A DNA stretch of 64,000 bases from Camelus dromedarius (Eukaryota), in contig NC_087437.1 in the NCBI RefSeq assembly GCF_036321535.1, positions 4,340,001 to 4,404,000 of the forward strand, given 5' to 3'. Shown in pieces: positions 24,740-38,800 of this stretch (position 1 is its first letter; each line of letters opens with the position of its first letter). The notes below the pieces were generated by a model, which was not told the DNA's origin, ran no database searches, and saw only the letters and a list, made by a program, of their open reading frames with translations. The position numbers were made by a program, and so were the translations under genes.

Positions 24740-25816
24740 TGGGATCCAATTAAATTTAAAAGCTTTTGCACAGCTAAGGAGCCCATCAACAAAACTAAAA
24801 GACAACCTACAGAATGGGAGAGAATATTTGCAAATGATGTGACCAACGAGGGACTAATTTCCAAAATATACAAACAGCTCATACACCTTAATATCAAAGA
24901 AACAAGCAACCCAATCCAAAAATGGGCAGAAGACCTAAATAGACATCTCTCCAAAGAAAACATCCAGATGGCCAACAAGCACATGAAAAGATGCCCAACA
25001 TCACTAATTGTTGGAGAAATGCAAATCAAAACTACAATGAGGTGTCACCTCACACCCGTCAGAATGGCCATCATTAAGAAGTCTACAAATGATAAATACT
25101 GGAGAGGCTGTGGAGAAAAAGGAACCCTCCTACACTGTTGGTGGGAATGTAAACTAATGCAGCCACTATGGAAAGCAGTATGGAGATTCCTTAAAAAACT
25201 AAAAATAGATCTACCATATGATCCAGCAATCCCACTCCTGGGTACATATCCGGAGAAAAATATAACTCAAAAAGACACATGCACCCCAATGTTCATAGCA
25301 GCACTATTTACAATACCCAAGACTTGGAAACAACCCAAATGTCCATCGACAGATGACTGGATAAAGAAGCTGTGGTATATTTATACAATGAAATACTACT
25401 CAGCCATAAAAAAGAATAAAATAATGCCATTTGTAGCAACATGGATGGACCTGGAGAGCGTCATACCAAGTAAAGTAAGCCAGAAAGAAAAAGAAAAATG
25501 CCACGTGATAAAGCTGATACGTGGAATCTAAAAAAAAAAAAAAAAAAAGACACAAATGAACTTATCTACAAAACAGGAACAGATTTCTGGACATAGAAAA
25601 CAAACTTATGGTTACCAGCAGGTAAAGAGGGTGGGAAGAGATAAATTGGGAATTCAAAAATTGCACCTCTTGGAAAGCGATGGAAATGTTAGCTACCTTG
25701 ATTGTGGTTGTGGTTTCTTGGGTGTCTACATCTATCAAAATTCATCAAACTGTACGTCTGAAATGTGTGCAGTTTACTGTACAGGAACCACACCACAATA
25801 AAGGTGTTAAAAAAAA
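24740..25816 (+). mobile_element. 5'-truncated LINE-1, ORF2 C-terminus still open (ORF 24839-25531)
   Basis: [13 protein letters not shown]...[13 protein letters not shown]...FVATWMDLE; antisense to COL6A4, about 65 bp from an acceptor. Confidence 0.92.
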
Positions 25817-26997
25817 GTTGGCAAGAGAGTTTGAGAAGGTTCACCGTGTTACACAGAACACCTTCTGCATCACTCCTGGGCCTGGAGTTCTGTCTGACTC
25901 CTTAAGGAAGGAGTCAGAGTGTCTAGGAGATGAGTCCCAAACCCTGGAGTGCAGGATGCCCAGGGAGATGGTACATAAAGACTCCTAGAAGACCATTTAT
26001 TTAAAGACCAAGCCACAGTCTGGGACAAATTCAGGAAAGGACCATTCAAGACCCCAGGACCATTTATAGGCAGCTCTCAGGTAGACCCCAGTCCTCCCAT
26101 CCTTTCTCCTCTGGCCACCCCCCACCACTCTATCTACTCCCTAGTGTCGCACGAGCCTTCAGAACAGAGCCACCTGACCCCAGCCACTCTAGGAGTCTTA
26201 AGATCTTTGTTCTTATTTGGACTCTGCAAGGTAGTCATCTGTGACTTCCAGCCACTCGTTAAAATCTTCTCAGCTTTTCTTTCCTCATCTGTGAAATGGG
26301 CATGAGTGGTCCTTCCGCTTTTAAGATGTTTTTATTCTACTTTTAAGATTTCAGCTGCACCCCTCCGGTAAACCCCAAACTGCAGTGAAACCACCTGGTC
26401 CAGCCCCCGGCCACCTCACCGTCCCATCCTCCATGAACGATGGCCTAGCCTCTTAGGACGAGATATGGGGTGAAACAACAACAGCCTTGAGACTTTCCTT
26501 TCAGACCAAGTACCTTCCAGGGAATTTTAGAAAGCTCTGTGGGCTTGCAACATCGTCCGTTCAGGTAAGATTATATAAATGTCAGATTTTGTTAGGAGTT
26601 CTTTCTGGTTTTTGCATAATTATTGTTATGCATCAGGATTACATGGATAAACTCATTCTCTAGTGAGTTTTACAAACTGTTTTTTGTGTATTTAGACAGA
26701 TTAATAAATCTCCACCTAACAGTGTAAATCAACTGTAATTCAATAAATTTAAAAATAAATAAATCTCCAGCCACTCTAAAATCTTCCCCACATTAAGTCA
26801 AAATATCTATACTTAATAAGTACCATACTGTGTAAGGACTTGAGGCTAATGTCCTCTAAAGCAAATCTGACCCACTCCCTATGGAGCTCCAACTGTGCAT
26901 TTGAAACGTTCATTTCTTCTTAGAGATGCCTCTTGTCAAATCCTTATTTGTTTTTACAGAAAGGTTGAAAATAAAAGAAAGAAGAAGTCCACGTTAC

Positions 26998-27060
26998 CAC
27001 TGGTCCTGGAGGGCCTGGGTCTCCTGGAGTTCCAACAAACCCAGGAAGTCCAGCATTCCC
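26998..27060 (-). CDS. COL6A4: Helix exon, 63 nt (GNAGLPGFVGTPGDPGPPGPV)
   Basis: tttttag|GGG...GTG|gtaacg; perfect Gly-X-Y. Confidence 0.95.
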
Positions 27061-28375
27061 CTAAAAAGGAGCAAAACCAGAGGAATAAGCCGCTGCCCCC
27101 ACCATGAACACAACGTGATTAAAACCAACAGACCTGCTCTGGGATTCCAAGGTGTCATATATCTAAGGTCCAGTGAGGCTGCTATGGACCAGTCAGTTTA
27201 TGAACCGTGATCAGTGGAGTGAGACCCAGAGGCTAGAAAGAGAAGGGAGTCTCTTTGAGGGAATCTTCTCAATCCCCCTACATACCTGACCCCTGGCAAC
27301 AGGTGTACACACACGCACGCACACACACACACACATCCGAACAGAGCCTTAAGTCGCTTCTCAATACTCCGCTGAGGCTCCAGGTCATGTAATTAAAAGA
27401 ATGCAGGAAATGTGTATCGAGGGCCAGGCATCAGGAGAAAAGAAACTCCCCCATTACCTTCTGGTCTTCAGTGTCTCAGAAAAAGTATATGCTAACCACC
27501 GACTCACTGCCCGTCTTACAGGTATTTGAATGGATACAGCGTGATCTGCACGTAATTGGTGCTTTATCTTTTTTAATTTTAAACAAGAGAGAGAAGTCCT
27601 TCCGAGCAGGGAGCAGGCTAATCCTAGCCAGCAGCAAGCCAAGTTAGGCGTAGATCAGATTTTTCTTTATGTCCTTGCCAGGGTATGAAAACATCAATTA
27701 CTGAGTGCCCAGAGGGTACACATCCTCTTTCCATTTCCCTTTTCTGCCCTGAACACTAGTCCATGGCCTTTTCCCAGAAGGCCTTCCTCTCTAATGTTTA
27801 TCAGCTAAACAACCAAGGTTTTAGATATCCACAGGGTTACCCTTCCCAAAAAGAGCTGCCAATGATTGCGGCTCTTTAAGACTGACTCTTCCGAACCTAA
27901 CGGAATGGCTTTTCCTGGTAGATTCTCTAAACAGCACGGTGAAAACATGACTGAGAGTCCACCAAGATGGCAGCCGCATTCTTGACAGTCTAATCTGGAA
28001 GAGTCTAGTCCTTGGAAGAATCTTAAAAAAAAAATGGTAATGCTTGCCTTGCAGTTAAAGCGATACACTTCCAAATGATGTCCAGATTTACCAAAGACAG
28101 CGGTGCCCCCAACTTTGCTTTTTTAAGGTTGATATTGCATAACTGAACCTCCAACTTCAATTTCCTGTCGTTATGGTTTGGTGAGCTGCATTTGCCTTCA
28201 GAAGACGAAGGACAGCGGGACTAAGTAGGGAGTGACCAAGGAAGGTGCAGGATGTCCTGAGGAGGACACGGGCTTCCTGCTAAGAAGTCCATTAACCCAG
28301 TGGGAGTACATTCCTGTGAGGAAAGTGTCATGATGTGACCTTCTGTGGGTTTGGGGACATTCCCTTGGTTCTTAC

Positions 28376-28438
28376 CCTCTTCCCTCTGATTCCTTTTGCC
28401 CCCTTTTCTCCTTGGGGGCCTGGATCACCATCTTCTCC
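28376..28438 (-). CDS. COL6A4: Helix exon, 63 nt (GEDGDPGPQGEKGAKGIRGKR)
   Basis: cttttaag|GGA...AGG|gtaaga; perfect Gly-X-Y. Confidence 0.95.
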
Positions 28439-28546
28439 CTTAAAAGAATCAAAAGTAGGACCTTGAGTGTAAAGAAAAATAACAAGTGCAAACAAATGAC
28501 ACATTCTGCATACCGGAGTGCCAGGAGCTTAAAGATATCTTCTTAC

Positions 28547-28582
28547 TTGTGCACCAGGGTAGCCAGGAAATCCAGGTTCACC
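28547..28582 (-). CDS. COL6A4: Helix exon, 36 nt (GEPGFPGYPGAQ)
   Basis: cactag|GGT...CAA|gtaaga; GFPGYPG motif shared with COL6A3. Confidence 0.95.
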
Positions 28583-28967
28583 CTAGTGTCAGAAATGAGA
28601 TAAGGTCTTATTTAGTGTCATGTGATTAAGATCTTTCTTTGACATTCCTTGGGGGGGAAAAAAGAAGAAACTATCATTGGAAATAGACTCAAAATAGGTG
28701 CCAGAAAAAAAAAAAAACTATCACACAATTGTTTTCTTGAGTTACTCCCAAATGGCTATATTGTATTTCAATTATCCAGTGTAATTGAGTTTTACAAATT
28801 CTTCCTCCCTCCTTGATAATGAAACTTTCCTCTCAAGCATTTTTCAATCTATAGGTTTAAATAACCAGAGGGATGATCCAATGGAAACCAAAGGGAAGGG
28901 AAGGGCCACCACACCGACTGCTGGGAGGCAGGTGCTCACTGTCAGACCAAAGACGGACTACAAAGCA

Positions 28968-29860
28968 AGAATTCACTCAACAAATATTCACTTAGCACCT
29001 ATTCTGTGCCAGGCACTCCTCTAGGCACCAGGAAGTCAGTGGTGAACAGACCAAAGACCCTGCTATCAGGGAACCGACCTGCTAGTGAGGAAGAGATACA
29101 CAGTCTGTCAGGGGGAGCTCAGTGCTATTCCAGAAAAAGGACTAAGGAATAAAGAATGACACGGGTAGGGGCAAGGGGGTAACTATTTTATATAAGGAGG
29201 TCAGGCAAAACCTTTTTGTAAAGGTGGCATTTGGGTAAAGACCAGCATGAACTGAGGAAGCAAGCCAAGCAGATATCTGGGGAGAAGAGCATCCCGGGGG
29301 AGGAGAGAGGATGTGAAGACCGTGAAAAGGGCGTGAGCGTGTGCTGTGCTGGAGGAGCAGTGAAGCAGAATGAGGGGCGGGGGAGGGGCAGGAGGCGACC
29401 AAGTCGGAGAGCTCACGGAGGGGCCAGATGACGTGGAGTCTTGTAGGCCATGTAACAGTAGGGAAACTCTGAATGACATCAGAAGCCACAGCCGGGCTTG
29501 GAGTAAAAGAGTGACAGGATCTGACATGTGTTTAAAGGATGGCTCTGGTTCCTGCGAGGAGAGCTCACTAGAGGAGGCGGGGGCAGAAGCAGGGGGAACA
29601 CGTAGGTGGCTACTGCCTTAATCCAGGTGGAAAATCACATTGGCTTGGCCCAGAGGGTGGCAACGGCAGTGGTGAGATGTGGTGCAATGCTGGACAGACT
29701 GTGAAGACAGACTCACCATTGTTTGTTGATGGATTAAGTGCAGCGGGTAAGAGAAAGAGACTTATTTAAGACGACAGAAGCATCTGTCTTGAGTAACTGG
29801 CAGGATGGAGTCTCCACTCCCTGAGATGAAGGACCGAGGTGCTTTATTTAGGAACACTGA
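28968..29860 (-). mobile_element. LINE-2 relic
   Basis: Begins attcactcaacaaatattc...gcacctattctgtgccaggcac (reverse of the L2 3' end), followed by a purine-rich L2 body. Confidence 0.75.
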
Positions 29861-30274
29861 GCGCAGCACCATGCATTCTGTCTGGGGAAGCTCAGGGGGG
29901 CATCCACATGGAGAAGACGGTGGTCTCAGAAAAGGAGTACAAATTGTCCAGAAGAGGGAAATGGGGAGGGACATCCCAAAGAGAAGCAAGAGTATTTACA
30001 AAGGTAAGACACTGAGAAAGGGTCTGGCACACCTGGAGCTGGGGTGGGACCATCCGGCACAGGTGGAAGATGAGGTAAGGAGTTTGGTTTTTAAATAAGG
30101 GAGAAATAAAATCAGCTTTCAGTTTTTAAGGAGGGAACTGTGGCAGCTACGAAATGTCATAAACAACCTATAGAAATGATTTCCGGCATATGCTTGGGTA
30201 ATAACCCTTATTCTAGTAAAATAAAATAAAAACTCTGGTCCTTGGTTGAGAATTCTCTGAAAGGTAACCCTCAC

Positions 30275-30325
30275 CTTTGTTCCTTTTCTTCCTGGATGTC
30301 CATATCCATCTGGGCCAGAAAGACC
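30275..30325 (-). CDS. COL6A4: Helix exon, 51 nt (GLSGPDGYGHPGRKGTK), with Gly-X-Gly imperfection
   Basis: ttcttag|GGT...AAG|gtgagg; GYG aligns with the GVG imperfection of COL6A3. Confidence 0.95.
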
Positions 30326-30834
30326 CTAAGAAAATAATACACAATGAATTGTAGAGTCATCCAGATCAATAATTGGTCAATAAAATCATCTGAACGCAGA
30401 TAAATCAGCAGTGCAAAGAGGCGGGGGGGGGGCAGAATGGGCTTGGCAGAGGTTTATCCCACCTTTGTAGGATAAACATTAGACTGCCTTCCTAGGGTTA
30501 GGAGGTGGTAAGGGTTTAAAACTTTGAAAGACCATGAGATAAGTAAGCTTGTGTGTGTGTGCTTTAATTTTTAACCCCATCTTCAGCAAGATTCTGACCT
30601 CAGCAAGAGGCTACCTTGGTTGCAGGAAGCCAAATCATTGCACAAAAGCTCCCCTTGAGCTAAACCTGCTTTCTTTGTAGGATAGAGTAACAACAGAAGA
30701 AGCTCCCAAACTGGTAAATCTCTAGGTATGAAGACAACTTTGGAGGGGGGAAAGATTAAGTGAGATTGTACATGGAAAGCATGATGTCAGGCACACAGAA
30801 AGTACTTGATAAGTGGCCCTGATTCTGCTGCTCA

Positions 30835-31000
30835 CAGTGGCCGTAGTAACGGTGATGCTGGTGGGGGGTTAATGGTGGTGGTGATGGTGGCGGTGGAGGT
30901 GCAGGTGGTTCACGGTGGTAGTGGTAATGGTGATGATGGTGTTGTTGACAGTGGAGGCAGTGGGGAGGGAAATCAATGCGGTGATGTTCATGATTATGAA
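30835..31000. repeat. Degenerate (GGT/GAT)n trinucleotide tract
   Basis: ggtggtggtgatggtggcggtggaggt...ggtggtagtggtaatggtgatgatggt. Confidence 0.85.
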
Positions 31001-32259
31001 AACGTTGATCATACTGCTGGGATCTTAGCATCCGAACATACAGACAGTCAGCATTCCATAATAAAGAGTGAATTCAGAAACCTTTGAGATATTTTTCGCT
31101 AAATGGACAAAGATGGCACCTACATCAAGTAGATCAACTGAGAAGAAAGATTTTAAAATTTTAAGCCATAAAAATCAGTGCTATAACTTAAGGAGGAAAA
31201 TGTGAACTATTAGAAAAGAAAGAAAACAAGGTAAAGAAAATGGCCCAAAATAAATTATTTGCAGGGGGGAAAGGATGCAAATGAGATTCAGTTGCTGTTA
31301 TTCCAGCTTCTCTCTGCAGACGGACATGCCGTGTCTCCAGCACTGGCAGCCCCAGGTGCCCAAACCGAGCATTTTGGAAATGTCCCCTCTGATGTGACGC
31401 CTTCAAGAAAGGCATTGCTCCTCAGCTTGTCTGGCCCAGGGAGAGGTCAGGAGGCGAAAGTTGCATTGTTTTAAATCAGGATTCTTTATTAAGTTGAACA
31501 GTATTAAGGTCATCATCTGAGTTGAGTATAGATGCTAAACGTTATTTGCCACACTTGATAGTAATCCCATTCTTTCGTTCTTTTCTTTCCCTTTCTGCAT
31601 TAAAGTTTAAGTTTCTTAGGCCTGTTTTTGTTTCCTCTCGTTGCTAACAACAGATGCAATTTCAGTGCTGAGTGCGGAACAAGAGCAGGTCCTCCGTGAT
31701 GAAAGAGATCTCAGAAATGTGAGCTGCAGGAAAGACAACATTATGCCCTATCATAAAGCTAATTCCTGTGAGGTGGCGAATTGGAAAGAGTCACGAAATA
31801 ACTAACTTACTCTCGTGTTTGGAGAGATGACTAAGGTATAAATGCATAGCCTGCAGACCATCCTTGGTCTCCAAAGCCTCTTAAAATTTAAGTCTGCAAC
31901 TCTGATTGGCTGTCTTATTTATTTCTCTAGGGGAAAAATATTGTTTCCTTGAACATGTCTGTATTCCTAAAGGCTCAAATGCTCCTAAGACATCTTGGTC
32001 TTCCAAAGAGAAGAGGGTCCTTGGAACTTCCCTTTTCAACAACATGTGAGAAGGCAGGATAAATTCCAAAGCATCTTTGGATTCTTTGTTAATCTGAGGA
32101 GTTTGGGAATCTCTGGACTGAGTGGATTCACAACAGCTCTAGTGATGATCACATATATGTAACCCCAAATATTTATCAAGAATATTAGAATTTTGTGTGA
32201 AACAAGAACAAACAACAAACAATTCGATCAGGAATCCAAAACAGAGACTCTAGACTTAC

Positions 32260-32322
32260 AGGTTGCCCTCTTGGTCCTTGTTGACCCAGTGGTCCTCTTT
32301 CTCCTGGAACACCACGCTCTCC
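32260..32322 (-). CDS. COL6A4: Helix exon, 63 nt (GERGVPGERGPLGQQGPRGQP)
   Basis: catacaag|GGA...CCT|gtaagt. Confidence 0.95.
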
Positions 32323-32855
32323 CTTGTATGATGAAAGGTAAAGACAAAAGTAATTTTCTGCTGTGAGTTCATGCAATGTTATTTCATTTTCCTCGGATAT
32401 GTTGCAGTCACTCTTTTTAAGTCCTATTGGCATCATCCTACAGTCTAAGGTCAGTATCTTCCTCTAGACTTTGTTAAATACAGGTAACTAGCAAATCTAG
32501 GAAAGATTTTGGTGCTGAGAATTAGCAAGCCCAGGTACGCAGTGCCAGTTACAGAACTTCACATCACCATGGCTTTCTCTAGGGGCACGTGTATGACTCT
32601 ATATTTGAGTCCTTATGTTTATCTATCTATTGCTGTGTCCTTGTCTAGTGATCTGTGTGACCCTCTATCTGTCCATCTTCCTGTATGTCTTGTCTATACA
32701 TCTTCCCTTGTCTATATCCGCCTATCCAGCTGTGAGGTAATGGACAGTCAGTATCGTCACCAACGGCATCAGACACTCATGCCAGAAGTGATCTCATAAT
32801 TCATAGACGAGACCCCAAGCTGCAGTCAAGGAAAGGTGTGTTTTCTGACACTTAC

Positions 32856-32918
32856 CTTCATTCCTCTTGGTCCGTCTTTTCCTTTGGAACCATTTGGCCC
32901 TGGAAGCCCAGCATTCCC
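32856..32918 (-). CDS. COL6A4: Helix exon, 63 nt (GNAGLPGPNGSKGKDGPRGMK)
   Basis: cattacag|GGG...AAG|gtaagt; contains an N-G-S sequon. Confidence 0.95.
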
Positions 32919-33903
32919 CTGTAATGACACCACAACCCAAATGATCTGTAATGTTTTAGACAATTAATTTCATCTTCCAAAGTGCATCATACACACATGT
33001 AGCCTCTGAGCTGGGGGCTTGGGGCGGAGGAGCAGGGTGTTCTGTGCAAGAAGTCACCTCTCCCACATATCAAGAATGGGAGGGAGGATCTGGCTACCAG
33101 AGGGGAAGAACACCATCTGGTTAAGAGATTAGGAAGACAAATGCCTGGATTTTAGCCGCTCTGAATTAAAAATACGATCAAATGAGAATGAAAACAATAC
33201 CATCGGTTATGAGGCTAGAGGTTTCCCGAACAAGAGAGAGGCGGCTCAGGCCTTCTTGGAGCTGCTGTTTGAGTCTCCAGGTACTCTAAGCCCTGACTTA
33301 CATCATGCTGCTCAGGTGTTTCAAGCTCTCTCAAATACTCCTTCTGTAGGAAGCCGCGCCTGATCGCCTGCCTCAGTCTGATCTGACCCTTCCACGAGCC
33401 CCGGGAGACCGAGTGGGCGAGGCTCTCATCAGGCACCAGAAAGAAAGACCCAAGTGGGAGGCCAAGTCCAGCCACTTAAACGATCCAGATGAAAAGTCAT
33501 TTCATCTCTTTGAGCCTCAGTTTCCTCATCTCTATAAAAGTAGGGTGATTTTAAGTAATGCTTCCTTGTATGATTGTGAGGAAGACGTTAGTCATTTACC
33601 CTCCTTTACACTACTGTTTTTCTCTTGCACTCTACATAAGGATAAGCCTGTGTCACACACCTTTGAGGCTCAAGCCCAGTCTCATTGATCAGTGTATTCC
33701 CCCAAACGCCTAGAGTAGAAGGGGTACGGAGCTGGTGATCAAGGGCTACTTCCTTGAAACAGCTCTTTCTAGAAATTCCTGATGCCCACAGATCCCAGAA
33801 CAAACGGGGTAGCCTTATGTTGTTTGCCCAGGAACACGCAGGTGCATGAACCGGCCCTTGGTAACGAGCAGCTATGTTGTAGCTGTCAGTCTCTCAAACC
33901 TAC

Positions 33904-33966
33904 CTGAGCACCCGGTGAGCCTTTTTCTCCCAAAGTTCCTGGCGGTCCTTGCCTTCCTCTTGGTCC
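33904..33966 (-). CDS. COL6A4: Helix exon, 63 nt (GPRGRQGPPGTLGEKGSPGAQ)
   Basis: ggaccag|GGA...CAG|gtaggt. Confidence 0.95.
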
Positions 33967-35765
33967 CTGGTCCACAGATGAAATTTAAATTCAACCAATT
34001 TTTATCGAGCGATTTCTTTTCCATGTACCCACAAGACCATCTTGGATGCCGATGGAGGCACAAATGAAGGTGCTCTGACCCACCACGATCTCATTCATCA
34101 CACTTGAATCAAGCAGCCTCATCACCCTGAAGCACCCAACACGCTCCCACCAAACTCCCTCCATCGGGATGTGAGTCCTCAGTATCTACATTTTTAACCT
34201 CCTCTCCAGTTGAATCTGACACACACTAACATTTGCTTCTGTGTTTTAATTCACCCAACTAATTTTAAATCCTAAAAGGGGAATGAGAAGAGCTGTCAGG
34301 AAATTGATCTCCTTTGAAAAATCAACCTTTTCTTTCTCCATATAAAGGCTAAGGACAAGCGTTCACATTCTGATGTTATCAAGAGCCCAAACACATGGAA
34401 AAGTGGGCTAATCTCACTGTGCACCTTGCTGGGGGGTGTTCATTTTCTCCCCGATCTATTTTACTTTACTTACTTTACTGATTTCTTTTTGCCGCTTTAG
34501 ATTTTCTCCCACTTTTCTGAGAGATGCTTTCCTCTGTGAAGGATTGACCGGGCTTCTCCATCCCTGGGTGAGGTTTTTTAATCACCATCCCATACCATCC
34601 GCAGTGGGAAGGTGAGAATCCAGGGGAGCTTTTACCGATTATCTCCCTCATGGTTCACAACATGACTTGCTCTCCTGTGTTCAGCCATACAATGAAGTGA
34701 ACCCAAAGGAGAAGCCCAGGACACAACAGTGGTGGGGGGTCCACAGTTAAATTTGAATTGAGCCAGTGTTCAAGAGGAAAGCCGTAAGTATCTCTCAGCT
34801 CTTCCCCCCTAGGTTGTGGACACTATTTTCTACCATAAAATAAATACAATCCCATCTCTAATTACACTCTGATTTGACCCAGCTCTTTCTTCAGTCCCTT
34901 TGTCAAGTGCAAAAACAGCAGAAACTTTCTTAAATGACCGTCTGACACTCATAGGATTTTTAACGTTACGGAGAACGATTCAATGCGTTAGTAAAATTTG
35001 TTGTTGCCAAGTTCCTCCTTTTAAGGGTACTTGGAAATAATGTGGCTTAAAAAAAAAATGTAGAAAGTGTCCCAGAAGGGTTTACAGAATGACAGATTTG
35101 GGTTATGCTTAGGGGATTTCAAAGGAACTGGTTGGAAGTTTAATTTCTGGTTATCACTCCATAGTTTACAAGGCCCCACTGGACTGAATCCTTCAGGGTG
35201 AAACCCTGGCCTTCATGGTCTAAATGACCCAGCCTGTTTGCAAAGTGCCCTGTGTATACTGGCTACTCAGTAAATACTCTGCTGATTTTTCCTGCCAAAT
35301 TGATCCCAATTTTAAAGAATTAAATCCTATTTGAGTAATTTGCACTCACAGCTTCAGAGGCAGTAATTCAGAGCACAGGCTTCATAACTAGACTGCCTGC
35401 GCCTGAACCCAGCCTCCGTCACTTCCTAGCTGTGCGAGCTTGGCCAGTTTACCTCACTTCTCCAGCCCGCCCCCCTCCCCCGCCATTTCTCCCCTCTAAA
35501 ACGAGGATGATAAAACCTCCCCACTGAAGGCTTCAATGAACTAAGTAAGACAAGTGCCTAGGGTCGTATCTAGGACACAACAAAAGCTCAATAAATATTA
35601 GCCATCGGGGTTTAGCCTCCCCAGAAAAGACGCTACACAATTTGCTTAGGGAGGCCCTGGCAGGGAGCATCCAAGAACGTTCCGATACATGTTAAATTCC
35701 TATCAGAGAAGTTAAAATTTCAAACAAATATTGCTGAGCACTAAAAGCAAGTTCACTGATACAAC

Positions 35766-35828
35766 CTGTGAGCCTGGATGCCCAAGCTCTCCTGGGTAAC
35801 CTTGTTCACCAGATTCTCCACGCATACC
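35766..35828 (-). CDS. COL6A4: Helix exon, 63 nt (GMRGESGEQGYPGELGHPGSQ)
   Basis: tttcgacag|GGT...CAG|gttgta. Confidence 0.94.
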
Positions 35829-38800
35829 CTGTCGAAAGGAAGAAAACTCAGTGAGTTCTCCAGGCATCTTCAGTGTTCCTGTTGAAGGCAGCCTTCCCTG
35901 CAAGAGGTCACTTGAAAGCCACAAGAGAAAGGCAAAATGATCTGAAGGTCTGCACTCAGTCCTCTTAGGACACAGAATCAGGGAGGAGGTGGGGGAAGGG
36001 GTCCCACTTATTTGCTTAGGAAATTCTTATTGTCTTTTCCAGTCTCCTTCCAAACAGCTAGTTGTTTAAATATAAAAGCACTTTGTTTAAATAACCCAAA
36101 CTCCCAATTTACGTATTAACAGTTCCTAAAAGCCCATCCATTCCTTTTAACGGCTAGATGGTCCCTGGTGTTAAGGACCTTTATCTCCTGTGAGGAAACT
36201 CAATATGTCGAGCTCAGCAGCATGTGTGGCATTTGGGGACAAAGGCACACACAGCACACAAAGAAATAGCAGAAAACTGGTTTTAAAACCCTACAGATTC
36301 TTACAGCACTGAGCTAGCTCTCTAGGCACAGGGTGAGCTATTAAAATAATTCATCTGGTAACTGACTTAATTCCTCCCTCAAGTTAATATTTCCATTTCT
36401 ACAGAGAAGATACATATTCCAAGATTGAGGATAATACCTGTTTTGTGACCAGTGCTGCCTTCTTTTTCACATTGCTCACTGTTGACTGGGTTACTGATTA
36501 GTCACAGATTTGCAAAGACAAGAAACCCTAAGCTCAGAACGAAGCAATAGGTGGATCAATGACTTGTGCTTCTTAAGTTCTTTAAACCATTCAGATAAAT
36601 TGGAAGCTCTTCTACTAATCATTCCTGTTAAATTGTTCTATTCTTCAAGAGTTGATTTCTAGATTCGTAAGTGTGAGTCACGTTTTAAAAGGCATGTAGC
36701 TAGACATTTTGAAATCGTTTGGAAGATGTGGGCCAATTTGCTCATCACATTAGTGACATTTGTAGTACAACAGATTGGAAAATGATGTGGCTCGGTACAG
36801 CAAAGGTCAGACTCTTTTACATTTATACTAGGGAAATCATTACAGCAAAGAAAAGCAAGAACAAAATAAAAGCCCCGTGATACAGCGTTTTCTTTTCATC
36901 ACTGTCATATTTAAACAAATAGAAATTATCTAAATGTTCAACATTAGAATGGTTTAGTAAATCACTGTTCTTCAACAGAGTAGGATATAATGCATTAAAG
37001 TGATACTAGTAAGATTTGGAAACATAGAAAAGCAGAATATAAAATAGTATATACATTAAAAACAGCTCTTTATTATGTATGCAAATAAAGGAAACATACA
37101 AACAGGAAAATAATTGCAGGAGGGCGGTGGGTTTATGCACATTTAAAAAATTAATGATATTCTTAATTTTATCTTAAGTAACAGAAAGTTTTCCCTTATT
37201 GCCAAATAATCTGTGCATTGATTTGTTTGCCATAGTACAATTTTTTCCATAAATAAAATCTTATTTAAAATTTCATTTTATTATGCACCTTGCAAAAGCC
37301 AGCACATCTAATTTATACACAATAATGAACCATACTTTCCCAAGGTCAAGGGATACTGTAATCTGGAGTTCAGCACCTCTTTAAGCCACATTTTCCCAAT
37401 AATACTGACTGATCTTTAGCAAGTTACAGCCTCAAAACATAAACGAGTCCTATGACCACGGCTCCAACACTGGGTTAACTAGCAAACCACTGACTTGTTG
37501 GATAAACCTAGTTCACTCTGGAACCTGCAAGTAGTTATAAATTTTCCTCTTATTAAAAACTCAAACTTGAATAGAAACAAGAACAAACAACTAAAGTGAT
37601 TCTTGAAAAGAGCAAAAAGTACAGGGATCCATCAAGATTATGATGCATTAAAGGGAGAGGTTTTCTATTAAAGATGGCCGTGGTCACACACTTTTCCCAG
37701 CTCCCAAAATGAAAGATTGTTGTTCAAAGTCTGTCCCCAGAAGACAACAGTGCAGAGGCCCAGAGAACAATCAGCCCGGATTAGAGCAGGAGGACAGAGG
37801 GCTCAGGAAGGAGGAATCTAAGAAAAATAAACCTCACATGTTAGGAATATTGGGAGGTGAGCAGTTTTGTAGAAAAGCTTTATGATTAACTAGTAATAGG
37901 CACCTGGGGAGAGAGGGTGACTCAAGGAATACAAAAGTGACGGATAAATATCATTTACAGCTATTTGTGATGTTTATCAGTCATCATCTGAATGATGAAT
38001 TGATTTGACCAAAAGTAGAGAAAATAAGTGTATTATAAGGATGAGTTGAGGGGAAGTGTATGGAAGTGATGGACAGGTTAAGAAAAATCTTTGTTCTCCA
38101 TTAGAAGAATTCAATAGAAAAACATTCAAAATGGAAAACAAAGAAATAGCAAAGTAAGCAATCTGACTTTAAAATTATGCACAGGCTGAGCTCTGGTTCA
38201 AATTAAATAAAAAGGAAAGACATAGGAGATGGAGTTCAGTTTAGCAAACCAAAAATAACCAAGACCCAACTGGGCAGAGGACCCACGGCCGATGGCTAGT
38301 TAGATAAACCACACACAGGATCGCAAAAATATTAAATAATTCAAGAGTAGGAAATTCTTTCCACTGAGCCATTTAATTTCTCCAAAACTTAGCCTAGTCA
38401 AGTTGTAGTCTATTTCTTTCTGCCTTTTGGAAGCTAAAAACAATAGACTAAAATGATAGTTCAAGACATTATTTCACAAATGTTCAAACTGAATTAAAAG
38501 CATAAGAATCTATTTCAAGCCTCAACATTTTACGAGAAGTCATATTTTACTTGGTGTCGACAAAGCTTGTTTGCATTTTTGAGACTTGAAATTTCTCAAT
38601 AGCCATGCTTTTCCAACATGTTTAGTTTGAAGACACAGGAGTCTCACCTTCTTTTGTACTGAGGAGGTCACTGCCCACCCACCACACACACACACACACA
38701 CATGCGCGCGTGCTCAGCCATTCCCAGGCTCAGAGATGACATAAGTCAGTCTCTGACCTCTCCTCCATCCCTAAATCCTGAGAATGCTAGGGAGAAAAAA

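Noticed and set aside
24839..25531. 230-aa ORF (also 59388-60113 and 60130-60669) as host genes
   Set aside because: These are LINE-1 ORF2 C-terminal fragments of 5'-truncated, non-autonomous elements.
30756..31087. His/Pro-rich and Gly/Val-rich ORFs
   Set aside because: They are translations of a degenerate trinucleotide repeat, not Gly-X-Y and not splice-bounded.
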